From contig JAIEMW010000001.1 of NCBI GenBank assembly GCA_019751815.1, positions 130,197 through 194,196 of the forward strand: a stretch of 64,000 nucleotides of DNA. Direction: 5' to 3'. A program made the translations under genes and the position numbers. Under the pieces are notes generated by a model, which was given only the letters and a program-made list of their open reading frames with translations, did not search any database and had not been told where the DNA came from. Source of the stretch: Cyanobacteriota bacterium (GTDB taxonomy: Bacteria > Cyanobacteriota > Vampirovibrionia > Vampirovibrionales > Vampirovibrionaceae). The stretch's first letter is position 1. The number at the start of each line of letters is the position of its first letter. Positions 38,112-48,079 of the stretch are shown here, one piece after another.

Positions 38112-38702
38112 TTAAGCAGGAGGCAAAGCACTAGCCCAGGCGGCAGCAGTGCTTTCAGGAAAGCGCCCGCCCATGGGAACTGGATCAGGGATCGCTCTGC
38201 CCCGTCTACCGCGTCCTCCTGTCGGTCCTATTTCGATAATCCGGGCAAGCGTTGCATCGGGTGTAATGGTAAATTGTGATGTGAGAGAGGGATCGATACC
38301 CAGGGCTTTAATGCTACCGTTGGGTTGAATTTGATATGACGCTAAGCGAGGGAAGCCGGGAGCACTTAAAACAAATTTTTTATTGGTAACATCCGTCACA
38401 GAGAGTACCAAGTTGCCACTCGAAGAGCTGGATACCAGATCGAGTGCGGTATTGAGGTCATTAAAAGTTAGCCCGTCAGGTCCATTAACCGGTTTATCCA
38501 GCGTATTGGTAACCTTGATAATGGCCTGCTCCACAGCCGCTTGGGTGGTGGCTGCCATCAGTCCGTTGGCTTTGGTGGGTGCTTGGTTATACTTAGCGTA
38601 AGCAAAGGCAGAAAGTGTTGCTACGAGAACCATACAAACAGCCATTTCGACCATAGAAAATCCCAAGGTCTTAAGCCGTGTCGGTGTAAAGGCATTGGGC
38701 AT
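38112..38702 (-). CDS. prepilin-type N-terminal cleavage/methylation domain protein, paralog A1 (candidate major pilin)
   Basis: MPNAFTPTRLKTLG | FSMVEMAVCMVLV, a 14-aa leader from the ATG. An upstream TTG at 38720 is unlikely to be the start. Followed directly by the strong terminator. Confidence 0.75.
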   Translation of the reverse strand: MPNAFTPTRLKTLGFSMVEMAVCMVLVATLSAFAYAKYNQAPTKANGLMAATTQAAVEQAIIKVTNTLDKPVNGPDGLTFNDLNTALDLVSSSSSGNLVLSVTDVTNKKFVLSAPGFPRLASYQIQPNGSIKALGIDPSLTSQFTITPDATLARIIEIGPTGGRGRRGRAIPDPVPMGGRFPESTAAAWASALPPA

Positions 38703-38998
38703 CGAAATTAATTTATTCAAATGTTAACTCCTTCTTAGAAAAATCTCTCAGATCTCTAAAATCTCTCGTGGTGTTTTTTCCTCTCGGTGGATTGATATCA
38801 CCAAACAGCAATTAAGGTCTTATCGACACCTTCCTGAAAATCTAAACAGAAACAACATAATTTGTTACATTGCGTGTTTGAGACCTCCCTTTGGTGAGGC
38901 CCTTCTGTGATCCCGCACGGAATCCGTCTGTATCCGGTGTTAAAATGAAGATTCAGGCCCTTTTTCAAAGAGAGTTATTGTAGAGAGTCACTCCTTCT

Positions 38999-39448
38999 AT
39001 GCCAGAACAATTTGTTCGATGGTACGACCAGGATCCCCTGTTATCGCGGGCTTTTGCCGCGATGCAGCAACTTCCCTTGGATGTCTTGTTGATTATGGCA
39101 AAACTGCTACTAACCACCGAAGAAGGGGTGAAACTGGACCAAAAACGTTCATCCCAGCTCCGTTCATTGGGTGTAGATAGAACGGTGGGGCTGATTAAGT
39201 CCAAGCAGAGAAATCGCTGGTATGACAAAGACCCCCTACTACACCGGGCGGTCAACTTTATCTACGTGTGTAATCCGACCATGAGGCATATTCTGGCGGA
39301 ACAATTAAATTCGTTGATTAATGCCTATGACCTCTATTTGGATACGTGCCAGAGCAAGGGAAAAAGTGTGGACTTACGGGATGTTGAGAATTTGTTTCAG
39401 TACGTCTACCAGCGGAATTTTGAATCGCTCGAAGAGTCACCAGAATGA
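38999..39448 (+). CDS. hypothetical protein with internal repeat (RWYDxDPLLxRA x2)
   Basis: 149-aa ORF; the repeat appears at residues ~7 and ~85. Confidence 0.4.
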   Translation: MPEQFVRWYDQDPLLSRAFAAMQQLPLDVLLIMAKLLLTTEEGVKLDQKRSSQLRSLGVDRTVGLIKSKQRNRWYDKDPLLHRAVNFIYVCNPTMRHILAEQLNSLINAYDLYLDTCQSKGKSVDLRDVENLFQYVYQRNFESLEESPE

Positions 39449-39551
39449 AATGTGTCATGAGAGTCGTTTTTTAAAGCCTAATTTTTAAGGACTTCTAAAG
39501 ATTTGCATCACTGCTAGCATCAACTGAGGGCCAGGATGTTTTTATATCAAT

Positions 39552-39842
39552 ATGGGGAAACACCGTAACCGTGTCAGCAAGTCTGGCCGGGTGGGATATA
39601 GGCAAACTCTGGGGTTATATATTTGGGGCTTTTTTGGGGGTACCGTGAGTAAATACGGGGATCTGGAGCGTCACCTTGGTGAAAAATATGCCAAGGACCT
39701 CGGCGCACTGAAAGAATTACACGAGGCGCGCAGCAACTGTGATGATTTGCTGAACCGCAGTATGAACGTGCTGGCAATGCTGAGCAAAGCCAACATCGTC
39801 ATCCAGCAAAGCCATGCACAGCAACAGACAGCCGGACGCTAA
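39552..39842 (+). CDS. small hypothetical protein
   Basis: 96-aa ORF; no recognisable motif. Confidence 0.3.
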   Translation: MGKHRNRVSKSGRVGYRQTLGLYIWGFFGGTVSKYGDLERHLGEKYAKDLGALKELHEARSNCDDLLNRSMNVLAMLSKANIVIQQSHAQQQTAGR

Positions 39843-39861
39843 ATATTGGTAGCTAACGTAG

Positions 39862-40116
39862 CTACTCGATGCTCACAGCATCGAGGCTAGCATCTTCTTC
39901 GCGTGCGGCCAAATCCAGTGCCTGATACACAAAAAATCCGGCCATAATCACTGCCTTGGGATCTTGGGAACGCTGGGCCAAATCAACCAAAATCGTGTTG
40001 ACTTCTGGATTCTCTTCTTTGATATAGTGGATCATCTGCTTTTTCCAGGCGTCAGGATCCTCTTCCAATAGCGCTTCAAGGGCTTTTCGATTCGCTTCGC
40101 TGACGACGGGTAGCAT
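39862..40116 (-). CDS. small acidic hypothetical protein
   Basis: 84-aa ORF convergent with the previous gene; no recognisable motif. Confidence 0.3.
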   Translation of the reverse strand: MLPVVSEANRKALEALLEEDPDAWKKQMIHYIKEENPEVNTILVDLAQRSQDPKAVIMAGFFVYQALDLAAREEDASLDAVSIE

Positions 40117-40202
40117 TGTTTGATCTCGTGTCCTAATCTTTCTCGTAACGAGTATTTTAAGTATTTATCGGATTTTAGCATATTCGTATATTATAAAAGA
40201 CT

Positions 40203-43200
40203 ATGGATGTGGAAAATTCACCGCTCAGGCTTGCAGAAGGTCCCACGGGATCTGGAAAGACGCAGTGGCTAATACAAAACGCCTGCGATTTTCTTGCCCC
40301 CCCGCAAGCGAACCCCTCAAGCCATCCCTCGATCAATCCCTCAAGCAATTCCGATCAATTGCTGATTCTCACCAGTAATCGCGCCCGGCAATTGGCCTTT
40401 CGCAATGCGCTGACAAACAAACTAGCTGATACAGGAAGCAACATACAGGGCGGGGCCCTCGGCGGTTTGATGATCTACACCTTCTCTGGCTGGGTGCGCA
40501 CACAACTCCAGAACTACTGGCCTTTGGTGGAAGAAGCAATTGCACGTCAGATGGGAAGCGGCGAAGCCAGCATTCGTCCTTTGCAGCTGGCAGGTTATGA
40601 ACAGACAGAGTTATGGCTGAATGAACTTTGGCAATGGGGTTGCCAGCAGCATCCAGAATTGGCACCTGTCATTAAGGGCAGTGCACGGATGTATGTGAGC
40701 CAGCTGGTACGGCGAGCCCGCTTGCGTTCAGAGAACAATCTAACCAGGTCTGAGTTTTATCATCGTGATGGCCTTCTTGAAAATCCACTTCAGACCATGG
40801 TGAAAGAGATTGAGCAGACATGTGACCGTTGGAGCTATGTGCTTAGAGCCTTAGATCCTAATAAGCAGCTGGACATGTTCTCTTGGCTGCTGAAACATTC
40901 TGAAATTTTTCAAAAAGCCTGTGGTTTCCCCGCCATTCAGGCGGTTCTGGTGGATGATGTGGATGAAACCCACCCTGCGCAACAGGCTTACGTCGAATGG
41001 TTGCTTCCACAAGTTGATTTTCTGGCAATGGCGGCTGATCCAGAAGGTGGGTCCCGCCGCGGTTATCTCAATGCCTACCCCGCAGGGTGGCAGGTGCTCA
41101 AATCAAAGAATCCACAAGTCCCAGTGCTGCAGCTTCCCCCCATTACGGAACACGGAAACTTAGACAACGCCAATCGGCTTTTGCGAAACTGGCAATCTGC
41201 TTACGGTCCCTTTGAATGCATGTCTCCTGATGGGGTGAGAGTCCATAATTCTCAACTTACACGGGTGGAAATGTTTGAGGCAGTGGCCAACCGAATAGAG
41301 GAAGATGCAACGCATAGCCCTGAGCAAATCGTATTGGTGTTGCCCAAAGCAGATCGCCTCAGTAAAACGGCCCTTTCCTTGTGTTTAAACCGTCGGCGAA
41401 TTCCTCATTTTTGGTTGACAGGGACACTCAGGCCGGTTGATGATCCTCTGTGTCGTGGCTTTGTGTCGCTGATTCAAATACGATACAGCGCCTTATGGCA
41501 ATGGCCCTTATCGCGAATGGAATGGCACCATGTGTTTCACGTGGCCTTGAATATTCCTCAGTTTCGCGGGGATAAGGTGAGTGATGCCCTCCATTTGCTG
41601 ATTGAAAAACTCGTGCAAGGTGTTATTTCTCCTCTTGAGTTAGACTCCTCTGAGCTGTGGCGAGAGATCAACCTCTCTGATACTGCAGCGCAAGCGCGTT
41701 TAACTCACCTTGCAGGCTGGCTAAAGGATATGGGGGAGAGTGACGACACGACATTCACCTTTGAAGACTTGTTGTACCGTGCTTTTCATGATGTGGTTCG
41801 TGTTTATGCAACAGACGAAACTTTGTTTGAGTCTGTTGAGCGTGTGATACAGAATTATCAAAGCTATTGTACGGTTCAGCGGGCTCGCCGAAAGTGGGTT
41901 CAAGGGGTTGCGTCATCGGTTCAGGGAAATTTATGGGAGCACAGTCTGACACAGGATTCTCAAGATGCCAAGCGCTGGCTGGAGCAACTGAAGCAAGGCA
42001 CCGTTGCCGATACCCCGGCTGAGATGCCAGACATTCCCCAGGGAGTGGTTGTGATTGCCACACCACAAAAATTGATAGACCTGGAAATGACAAGGCCAGT
42101 GCAGTATTGGCTGGATGCCACTTCACGAGAATGGGCCCGCAGCGACGACGCAGCCCTGTACAATAGCTGGGTATTTTCTCCCAATTGGGACGGAAAAACG
42201 GTTCAGTTAGGCGAAGCGCAAGCACAAGCGCTTATTCGAGAAAGGGCCGGTCATGTTTGCAGACAGTTGATGCTGCTGGCCACAGAGAGTGTCGAAGTGT
42301 TTACCAGCGACTTGGATGACTACGGTTTCTCTCAGCATGGCCCTCTTCTGTCTAGAATGCTGCCCGTTCAAGAGGCGTTGGATATTCCCACAGAAGAGAG
42401 TTTGCTCAAGCAACTCAGGGAAGATCAAAAATCGGTTCTGGATTATCAAAGCGGCACGATGGCGATTACAGCCGTACCTGGTGCCGGAAAAACATACGTT
42501 AATGTGGTTTTGGTGCAGGCCCTGGTTGCCCGTGGTATTCCACCGGATGCGATTTTGCTTTTGACATACATGGATGCGGCGGCCAAAACGCTACTTACTC
42601 GCTTAAAGACAAGACTCAATTGGACTAAGGGGAAACTGCCTGTTGTTTCTACCCTTCATAGCTTGGCATTTCGGGTACTGATGGAGCACGATCATGCGGT
42701 AAAGTTGGGATACGATCCAGATGAAATGAAGATTATGGATGATTTTGAGAGCGATACGCTGCTCAATGAGGTGGTTTCACATACCTTGATTGAGGGAGAG
42801 CATGAAAACACTTGGCGAAAGCTGGTTGCAGCAGGAATTAAACATGCCAAAACCTTGGAACTAATGCCAGATAAGCTTGAACAGGCGCTCTCACAGCTCA
42901 AGGTGCAAGAAAACAAGCTTTATCCCAAGCTGCGTCGCTTCTTAAATGCTTACCATCTTTACGAAAACCGGAAACAACAAGCCGGGTTATGGGACTTTAA
43001 CGATCTCATTTTGAAGGCAATCCAGTTGCTGGAGCAAGAAGCATCGATTCTGGTCTATTATCAAGCCCAATTTCAGGTGATTATTGAAGATGAAGCCCAA
43101 GATTCTTCCTTGTTGATGCAACGTTTTATTGGGTTATTGGGCGGTAACACACCCAATCTGATTCGGACCGGGGATACCAACCAGTCCATCACCACCACAT

Positions 43201-44510
43201 TCAATGCGGCAGACCCCCAGGTGTTTCGAGATTTTATTGCCAGTAGTCAGCACCAGGTTGTGATGCGGCAAAGTGCCCGCTCTGCCCCGGAAATTATTAC
43301 CTTGGCCAATCAATGGCTGGATACGATCACAGGTACGCCTGGTCTTGAAAACACCTTTTCCCCGGTTGCGATGCAGCCCGTTACCACAGTGAGTGGTGAA
43401 ATCCAAAACCCAACGCTGATTGAACCCATTGTTACGACCCTCTATAACACGTATGAAGATGAAATCACCGACTTGGTCCAAACTGTTCAGCGTCTGAGAC
43501 GACACTATCCGGACAAGCAGGTGGCTGTCTTAACCTTTACCAATGAACAGGTGCTGGACTTGGCAAGGCGGTTTCAAGCGTCTGGTCTGATGGCGGTGAG
43601 TTTGACGGATAAAGCCGACTCACAACCGGTTTACCAGGTCTTGTTCCATTATTTATCTTGGTTAGAGTCTCCAGGACAGTGTGAGAGGCAGTTGGCATTT
43701 TTTGATGCCTATCAGAAAACCAGAGATGGCGCGCAGACTGTGCCCGCAAATTTCACCGAAGACATTCCTGAGGAAACCCCACATAAAAGGGCACTGAGGC
43801 AGCGAGAGTATCTCGCATCAACGGTCCTTATCCATCAACGACCAGACTGGATAGAAGATGCCACCCTGCTGCAGTGGTTCTTCGATCTCGCCGATGATAC
43901 CCGCCTGGTGTCCGACCGCAATATGACCCAAGTCATTGTGCGTGCGACGAACCGTCTGTTTGAAACGCCTGAGGCGCGAAGTCAAGGCTATTTATTTGCG
44001 CTTCAGATAGAAGAAATCCAGCGGCAGCTGAAAGAGGTCGTGACACTCATGCCCCTTGAAGCCCTGATTGAAAGATTAAGCTGGTTGATGAGCAAAGGCT
44101 TTCGCCATAATAGCTTTAATTCCGATGATTCTCTGAAAAATCCAGACGTGATCCAGGTGATGACGCTCCATAAATCCAAGGGACAAGAGTTTGACTTCGT
44201 GTTGATCCCGTTCTTACAAAAAAAAGAGTTTAAAAGCAAAGATCCCGACAAACTGGTTTACTGGTTGGACGGGCTAGCTGCCAGAGTTGACACTGCTTTA
44301 GGCCCTATCAATGAGTTGATTGAAGATCCCATGGCAGTGGCTAAGCAAGAAGAACGGGCACGACTTATCTATGTGGGCATCACTCGCGCGCGCCAGGGCT
44401 TGTTTATTTCTGCCCATGAAAAGAAAATACCTCCCTCCGTGGCTTTTACCGAACTGAAACGGCTGACGGAAAGCTTGAATATAGCTAAAGAGGGTGTCCA
44501 TGCCAACTGA
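40203..44510 (+). CDS. tandem SF1 helicase: AddB-like N-terminal ATPase/helicase-like half fused to a UvrD/AddA-like helicase, without a C-terminal nuclease
   Basis: The N-terminal half has Walker A GPTGSGKT, IYTFSGW and a degenerate motif II VLVDDVDETHP. The C-terminal half has AVPGAGKTY (motif I), LWDFNDLI, VIIEDEAQDSS (motif II), VMTLHKSKGQEFDFVLIP (motif V) and LIYVGITRARQGLFIS (motif VI). The ORF ends right after motif VI. Confidence 0.8.
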   Translation: MDVENSPLRLAEGPTGSGKTQWLIQNACDFLAPPQANPSSHPSINPSSNSDQLLILTSNRARQLAFRNALTNKLADTGSNIQGGALGGLMIYTFSGWVRTQLQNYWPLVEEAIARQMGSGEASIRPLQLAGYEQTELWLNELWQWGCQQHPELAPVIKGSARMYVSQLVRRARLRSENNLTRSEFYHRDGLLENPLQTMVKEIEQTCDRWSYVLRALDPNKQLDMFSWLLKHSEIFQKACGFPAIQAVLVDDVDETHPAQQAYVEWLLPQVDFLAMAADPEGGSRRGYLNAYPAGWQVLKSKNPQVPVLQLPPITEHGNLDNANRLLRNWQSAYGPFECMSPDGVRVHNSQLTRVEMFEAVANRIEEDATHSPEQIVLVLPKADRLSKTALSLCLNRRRIPHFWLTGTLRPVDDPLCRGFVSLIQIRYSALWQWPLSRMEWHHVFHVALNIPQFRGDKVSDALHLLIEKLVQGVISPLELDSSELWREINLSDTAAQARLTHLAGWLKDMGESDDTTFTFEDLLYRAFHDVVRVYATDETLFESVERVIQNYQSYCTVQRARRKWVQGVASSVQGNLWEHSLTQDSQDAKRWLEQLKQGTVADTPAEMPDIPQGVVVIATPQKLIDLEMTRPVQYWLDATSREWARSDDAALYNSWVFSPNWDGKTVQLGEAQAQALIRERAGHVCRQLMLLATESVEVFTSDLDDYGFSQHGPLLSRMLPVQEALDIPTEESLLKQLREDQKSVLDYQSGTMAITAVPGAGKTYVNVVLVQALVARGIPPDAILLLTYMDAAAKTLLTRLKTRLNWTKGKLPVVSTLHSLAFRVLMEHDHAVKLGYDPDEMKIMDDFESDTLLNEVVSHTLIEGEHENTWRKLVAAGIKHAKTLELMPDKLEQALSQLKVQENKLYPKLRRFLNAYHLYENRKQQAGLWDFNDLILKAIQLLEQEASILVYYQAQFQVIIEDEAQDSSLLMQRFIGLLGGNTPNLIRTGDTNQSITTTFNAADPQVFRDFIASSQHQVVMRQSARSAPEIITLANQWLDTITGTPGLENTFSPVAMQPVTTVSGEIQNPTLIEPIVTTLYNTYEDEITDLVQTVQRLRRHYPDKQVAVLTFTNEQVLDLARRFQASGLMAVSLTDKADSQPVYQVLFHYLSWLESPGQCERQLAFFDAYQKTRDGAQTVPANFTEDIPEETPHKRALRQREYLASTVLIHQRPDWIEDATLLQWFFDLADDTRLVSDRNMTQVIVRATNRLFETPEARSQGYLFALQIEEIQRQLKEVVTLMPLEALIERLSWLMSKGFRHNSFNSDDSLKNPDVIQVMTLHKSKGQEFDFVLIPFLQKKEFKSKDPDKLVYWLDGLAARVDTALGPINELIEDPMAVAKQEERARLIYVGITRARQGLFISAHEKKIPPSVAFTELKRLTESLNIAKEGVHAN

Positions 44511-45240
44511 TGGATCGTTCCAAGCAATCACTGCGGATCGCTTAAAATCCTGGTCTCGCTGCCAAAAGCAGTATGAGTTTCAGTATGTAAAAGCCCTCCA
44601 CTGGCCCACGGATACGCGCTCTTTTGCATTGGGAAAAGATATTCACAAACTTCTCGATTACCAGGCCCGCGGGCTGGATGTCACACAGGTGGTTCAGACA
44701 GCCTCTCCCTTGATTCAGCAGATGTGGGCTGCCTTGTCAGACTATCCCTTGGTAACGATGCCTGCCTTAAGAAGCGAGTGGGCCTTTCATATTGATCTAG
44801 ATCATGATCATGATTTAACGAGTGGATTATGGCTTACCGGCAGGGTAGACCGGATTGTCTGGCTGGAGCAACAAGAAATGCTCTGTATTGTTGACTGGAA
44901 GACAGGGACTGCGGTGCCAAAAGACCCTGAAAACGACTGGCAGACGCAAGTATATTTGTATGCTGTCTATGAAGCCAGGCACCAGCTTGCATTGCCAGAA
45001 AACATTACCCATGAACAGCTTTGTTTTAAGTATGTTGAGGTGCCTACCCAGAAACAGTCTGACCAGAAGCAACCTATCCAGATAAAAGAAAAAACGGTGG
45101 TGTACTCAGGCGAAAAGCATCGATTGGCCAAGCAGCGGCTTCTGGATACGGCACTCAAGCTCCAAAATTCGACAGAATATGTGTTGCCCAAGCGTTGTCC
45201 AGACAAGTATTGCGCCTATTCTTCGGTTTGCGGCATCTAA
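44500..45240 (+). CDS. PD-(D/E)XK nuclease with Cys cluster (Cas4/AddB-nuclease-like, probable Fe-S)
   Basis: ATG with AAGAGGG SD overlaps the helicase stop by 11 nt. GRVDRIVWLEQQEMLCIVDWKTG (D...E.K core). One N-terminal Cys plus CPDKYCAYSSVCG at the C-terminus. Confidence 0.75.
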   Translation: MPTDGSFQAITADRLKSWSRCQKQYEFQYVKALHWPTDTRSFALGKDIHKLLDYQARGLDVTQVVQTASPLIQQMWAALSDYPLVTMPALRSEWAFHIDLDHDHDLTSGLWLTGRVDRIVWLEQQEMLCIVDWKTGTAVPKDPENDWQTQVYLYAVYEARHQLALPENITHEQLCFKYVEVPTQKQSDQKQPIQIKEKTVVYSGEKHRLAKQRLLDTALKLQNSTEYVLPKRCPDKYCAYSSVCGI

Positions 45241-46164
45241 CTAGTCGGCGTCAATAAAATCCATTCCCAGATCGAGTGCTTGGGCGCCCATGGTGATTTG
45301 GCTGGTTGAAATGATGTCCACACCTGTACGGGCATAATCTCGAACATTTTCCAGGCGAATACCCCCACTGGATTCAATGAAAATTGCCTTGCCGGACTGT
45401 CGAATCAGGCTGACCGCTTCTTTTGTCTGTTCCACCGAGAAATTATCGAGCAGAACCGCATTCGCTCCAGACGCTAGGACGGCGGGAATCTGGCTGATAT
45501 CGTCCACTTCAACTGTGATGGTTGCAGTATGGGAGAGTCTCTCTCGAAGACGCTGAACAGCGCCGGTAATATCCATCGGGCTTGCCAATTGAGACAACGC
45601 AAAGAGATGATTGTCTTTTAGCATCGCAGAAGTCCCCAAATGGAGCCGGTGAGAATGTCCACCTCCGTGGATAACAGCATGTTTTTCCAGCAAGCGAAGC
45701 CCAGGTAACGTCTTCCGGGTGTCTGTAATCCGAACATTTAGGCCAGAAACGGCTTGGGTCCACTGTGCGGTGGTGCTGGCAATCCCGCTCAGGTGCTGCA
45801 AAAAATTGAGTGCCACTCGCTCACCCTTTAGCAGTGTACTGGCAGGGGCAACAATCTCAGCAATCACAGCCCCCTGGCAAAGAGCGGCTCCGTCAAAGAG
45901 CACAGGATGAAAACTGACATTGGGGTCAATGGAGTGAAACACAGCTTCTGCAATAGTAAGACCGCTTAAAACCCCGGCGGAGCGGCTCATTAGTCTGGCA
46001 GAGATAGGTGTATCAGAAAATGGTAAGTTATCGGTGGTGATATCGCCTGCGATCAGATCTTCTTCCACGGCGATTTGCACACAGCGGTTTAAATAACCTG
46101 GTGGAAAGCAGTGTGGGTTTGATATCATCAGTGTTTGCGAAGTTTTTGTCTCTAGGGAGTACAT
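45241..46164 (-). CDS. nadC: nicotinate-nucleotide diphosphorylase (carboxylating), quinolinate phosphoribosyltransferase
   Basis: TRKTLPGLRLLEKHAVIHGGGHSHRLHLGTSAMLKDNH is the QPRTase signature. Confidence 0.9.
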   Translation of the reverse strand: MYSLETKTSQTLMISNPHCFPPGYLNRCVQIAVEEDLIAGDITTDNLPFSDTPISARLMSRSAGVLSGLTIAEAVFHSIDPNVSFHPVLFDGAALCQGAVIAEIVAPASTLLKGERVALNFLQHLSGIASTTAQWTQAVSGLNVRITDTRKTLPGLRLLEKHAVIHGGGHSHRLHLGTSAMLKDNHLFALSQLASPMDITGAVQRLRERLSHTATITVEVDDISQIPAVLASGANAVLLDNFSVEQTKEAVSLIRQSGKAIFIESSGGIRLENVRDYARTGVDIISTSQITMGAQALDLGMDFIDAD

Positions 46165-47888
46165 AGTAAAGACTTCTCCGAGGTCGTTTCCGTTTTGTCA
46201 TAGACGGGGGTGGGGCTGTCTGAGCGGAAGTGGGCACCGATACTGTTTTCGCGTTTTAAAGCTGCACTGACCAAAGCTTGGGCGGTTTGAAGTTGCTGCC
46301 AGTAGGAGGCACCCAACGGTAAAGAAGCATTCCATCCTTTTTGGAGACAGTGACTTTTCCAATGGGTGATTTTCTCAATCAGCTGCTGGAGCTGCATCCC
46401 GTCTCGAACGATGCCGGCATCCTGCCACATGGCAGTGTGAAATGTATCTAAGGCTTTTAGAATTTCAGGGGCGTTCTGCTCAGTTTCAAACAGACTGGGG
46501 GTAAAATCGCTGGCCAACTGTTCTAAGGCAAAGGCAGGAGGGAGCTTTTTGGCTTCTGAGGACAAGATTCTTTGAGCAACACGACGAGCCAGCACACAGC
46601 ATTCCAAAAGCGAATTACTGGCCAGACGGTTAGCCCCATGAAGTCCGGTGTGTGCCACTTCGCCTACTGCGTAAAGATAGGGTGCGGTGGTTTCGCCGAA
46701 GTCGTTAACGGAAACCCCGCCCATAATGTAATGTGCTGCGGGGGCCACCGGGATAAGATCGGTGCGGATATCTACCCCAAAGCCGTGGCATAGTTTTAAA
46801 ATCGTGGGAAAACGGGTTTCTAGTAATGCTGCAGAGAGGTGCCGCATATCCAGCCAGACATGAGGCAGTTGCAAGGACAAATCTAAGTCTGATTCCAGGC
46901 CATGACACTGGGTTTGAATCTCTTGAAAAATGGCTCGGGTCACTATATCTCGAGGAGCCAGCTCTCCAGAGGGGTGATACTTCTTGGCAAAGGCTTCTAG
47001 ACGAGAGTTTCGTAGGATTCCACCTTCTCCTCGCAGTGCTTCAGAGATTAAAAACCGGGTTTGACCTTCTAAAAACAAGGCTGTTGGATGAAATTGGACA
47101 AATTCCATATCATTTAGGGTGGCCCCCAGGCTTAATGCCAGTGCGAAACCATCACCGGTTGCACCCGCAGGATTGGTACTTTGGGCGTAGAGTCTTCCCA
47201 ATCCCCCTGTTGCCAGGACGACATGACTGGCATCTATGAGCCAGTCGGTTTGATGCCTGAGATCAACGGCATGGCACCGGATAGCACCAGACTCCACTCG
47301 ATCTAATGCTCGAACTTGGTAAAATTCCTGGGTAACGATATTGGGGTGGGCTAAAACCTTATTGAGCAGAGTCAGTTCAACTTCTTGTCCGGTGGCATCG
47401 CCTCCCGCATGGATAATCCGCCGCACACTGTGTCCGCCTTCAAGTGTTAACTCCAGTTGGCCTGTTGGTTTTTTATCAAAAGGAACCCCATAATCAAGCA
47501 AATCACTAATCGCTTCAAAGGCTTCTGCCAAAATAGACTTGGCTGCAGGCTGATTGCACAAGCCTGCCCCTGCAACCAGGGTATCTTTTAGATGGAGATC
47601 CAAGGAATCTTCCGCATTTTGAGGCAGTACAGCAGCTATCCCTCCCTGAGCATAGCGAGAATTATTCTCTTCCAAGGTGTTTTTAGTGATCAGCATCACC
47701 TGGACACCGGATTCTGCCAATTTTAGGGCGGTGAATAAACCTGAAATGCCGGTCCCAATAATGAGCACGTTGGTATTCACAAAATGGGGTCCAGGTCCCT
47801 CTGCAGGTTCCTCAGGATGATGAGACGTGTTTTTATGAGGCTGAGGTTCACCAGAAGAATGCATAGAAGAGGGCATAAAAGAGTGCAT
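46152..47888 (-). CDS. nadB: L-aspartate oxidase
   Basis: FAD-binding VLIIGTGISGLFTALKLAESG; succinate dehydrogenase/fumarate reductase-like flavoprotein fold; RAQGGIAAV. Overlaps the nadC start by 13 nt. Confidence 0.88.
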   Translation of the reverse strand: MHSFMPSSMHSSGEPQPHKNTSHHPEEPAEGPGPHFVNTNVLIIGTGISGLFTALKLAESGVQVMLITKNTLEENNSRYAQGGIAAVLPQNAEDSLDLHLKDTLVAGAGLCNQPAAKSILAEAFEAISDLLDYGVPFDKKPTGQLELTLEGGHSVRRIIHAGGDATGQEVELTLLNKVLAHPNIVTQEFYQVRALDRVESGAIRCHAVDLRHQTDWLIDASHVVLATGGLGRLYAQSTNPAGATGDGFALALSLGATLNDMEFVQFHPTALFLEGQTRFLISEALRGEGGILRNSRLEAFAKKYHPSGELAPRDIVTRAIFQEIQTQCHGLESDLDLSLQLPHVWLDMRHLSAALLETRFPTILKLCHGFGVDIRTDLIPVAPAAHYIMGGVSVNDFGETTAPYLYAVGEVAHTGLHGANRLASNSLLECCVLARRVAQRILSSEAKKLPPAFALEQLASDFTPSLFETEQNAPEILKALDTFHTAMWQDAGIVRDGMQLQQLIEKITHWKSHCLQKGWNASLPLGASYWQQLQTAQALVSAALKRENSIGAHFRSDSPTPVYDKTETTSEKSLLCTP

Positions 47889-48079
47889 AGCGAGACCTAT
47901 TTCAGGGTTATTGCGGGCTGTGATGATACCATAAAATCAACTCTTGTAGCAGATAAAACCCGCAGATAATACACTTGATTAGCGTATTCTTGCTAACTGT
48001 CTTAAAGTGCGTTTGGAATTGCTTTTTGCTGGGATTTTATCTTTAATTTTTGGAGATTGTTTTTGAATAGGAGTCACTT

